From a virus, in the IMG/VR virus record IMGVR_UViG_3300028608_000011, positions 20,008-84,007 of that record: a stretch of DNA of 64,000 nucleotides, one strand, 5' to 3'. The notes beneath the pieces are model-generated. The model had not been told where the DNA came from. It saw only the letters and a list, made by a program, of their open reading frames with translations, and did not search any database. Below are positions 63,818 through 64,000 of this stretch, in pieces. The translations under genes were made by a program, and so were the position numbers. Positions within the stretch are counted from its first letter, which is position 1; each line of letters opens with the position of its first letter.

Positions 63818-64000
63818 AATAAAAAATTGACCTTTAAGTCAGGGCCGACGAACGGTGAGCAACCACCTTGAAGTATAAGGTGAGATGGTCAGGGTAGGTG
63901 CCGGGTTTACTGGCTGCGAGGCGGGCGCTGAAGAAAAAGAGGTGAGTTTCGGGGTGGGTGGAGATGTAGGTGATAGAGGGGTTGAAGGGGAAGGTGAGGG

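Noticed and set aside
1-64000. tRNA genes, CRISPR arrays, integrase, IS elements, alternative genetic code
   Set aside because: No cloverleaf or T-loop signatures, regular repeat-spacer arrays, recombinase or transposase motifs seen; genes tile densely under the standard code

Overview
About 64 kb of a tailed dsDNA phage genome, siphovirus-type and GC-rich. A Pseudomonas-like host is inferred from the holin pair, GH19 endolysin, tail-fibre types and an AlgR-like LytTR domain. Positions 1-16470 (+) hold the end of the late module: tape measure (5' truncated), lambda-like M/L/K/I/J tail tip, a Cor-like lipoprotein, a side tail fibre with a stand-alone paralogous receptor-binding protein, two holins, GH19 endolysin and Rz/Rz1. 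Positions 16.5-41 kb (-) hold a T5-like replication, recombination and nucleotide module: SbcC/SbcD, ATP-dependent ligase, resolvase, dNMP kinase, two DEDD exonucleases, a full three-domain PolA, ThyX, two MazG-like proteins, an SSB-like protein, SNF2 helicase, TraR/DksA, primase-helicase, Dda helicase and Nmad5. Positions 41-63.7 kb (-) are a dense early/accessory region of about 45 mostly small ORFs, including a repeat-containing C5 methyltransferase, a TAXI-like periplasmic binding protein and a LytTR protein. The window ends in a non-coding leader that contains a perfect DnaA box. The most notable observations are: (1) an 18-bp palindrome CCTCGC-N6-GCGAGR found six times, always 20-47 nt upstream of a start codon, suggesting a genome-wide operator regulon; (2) a 121-aa protein made only of PolA motif A plus the fingers/O-helix dNTP site, coupled to Nmad5; (3) a TAXI-like protein coupled to a tiny membrane peptide; (4) a branched two-receptor tail-fibre pair; (5) a receiver-less AlgR-like regulator. 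All family calls come from motifs recognised by eye; no searches were run.
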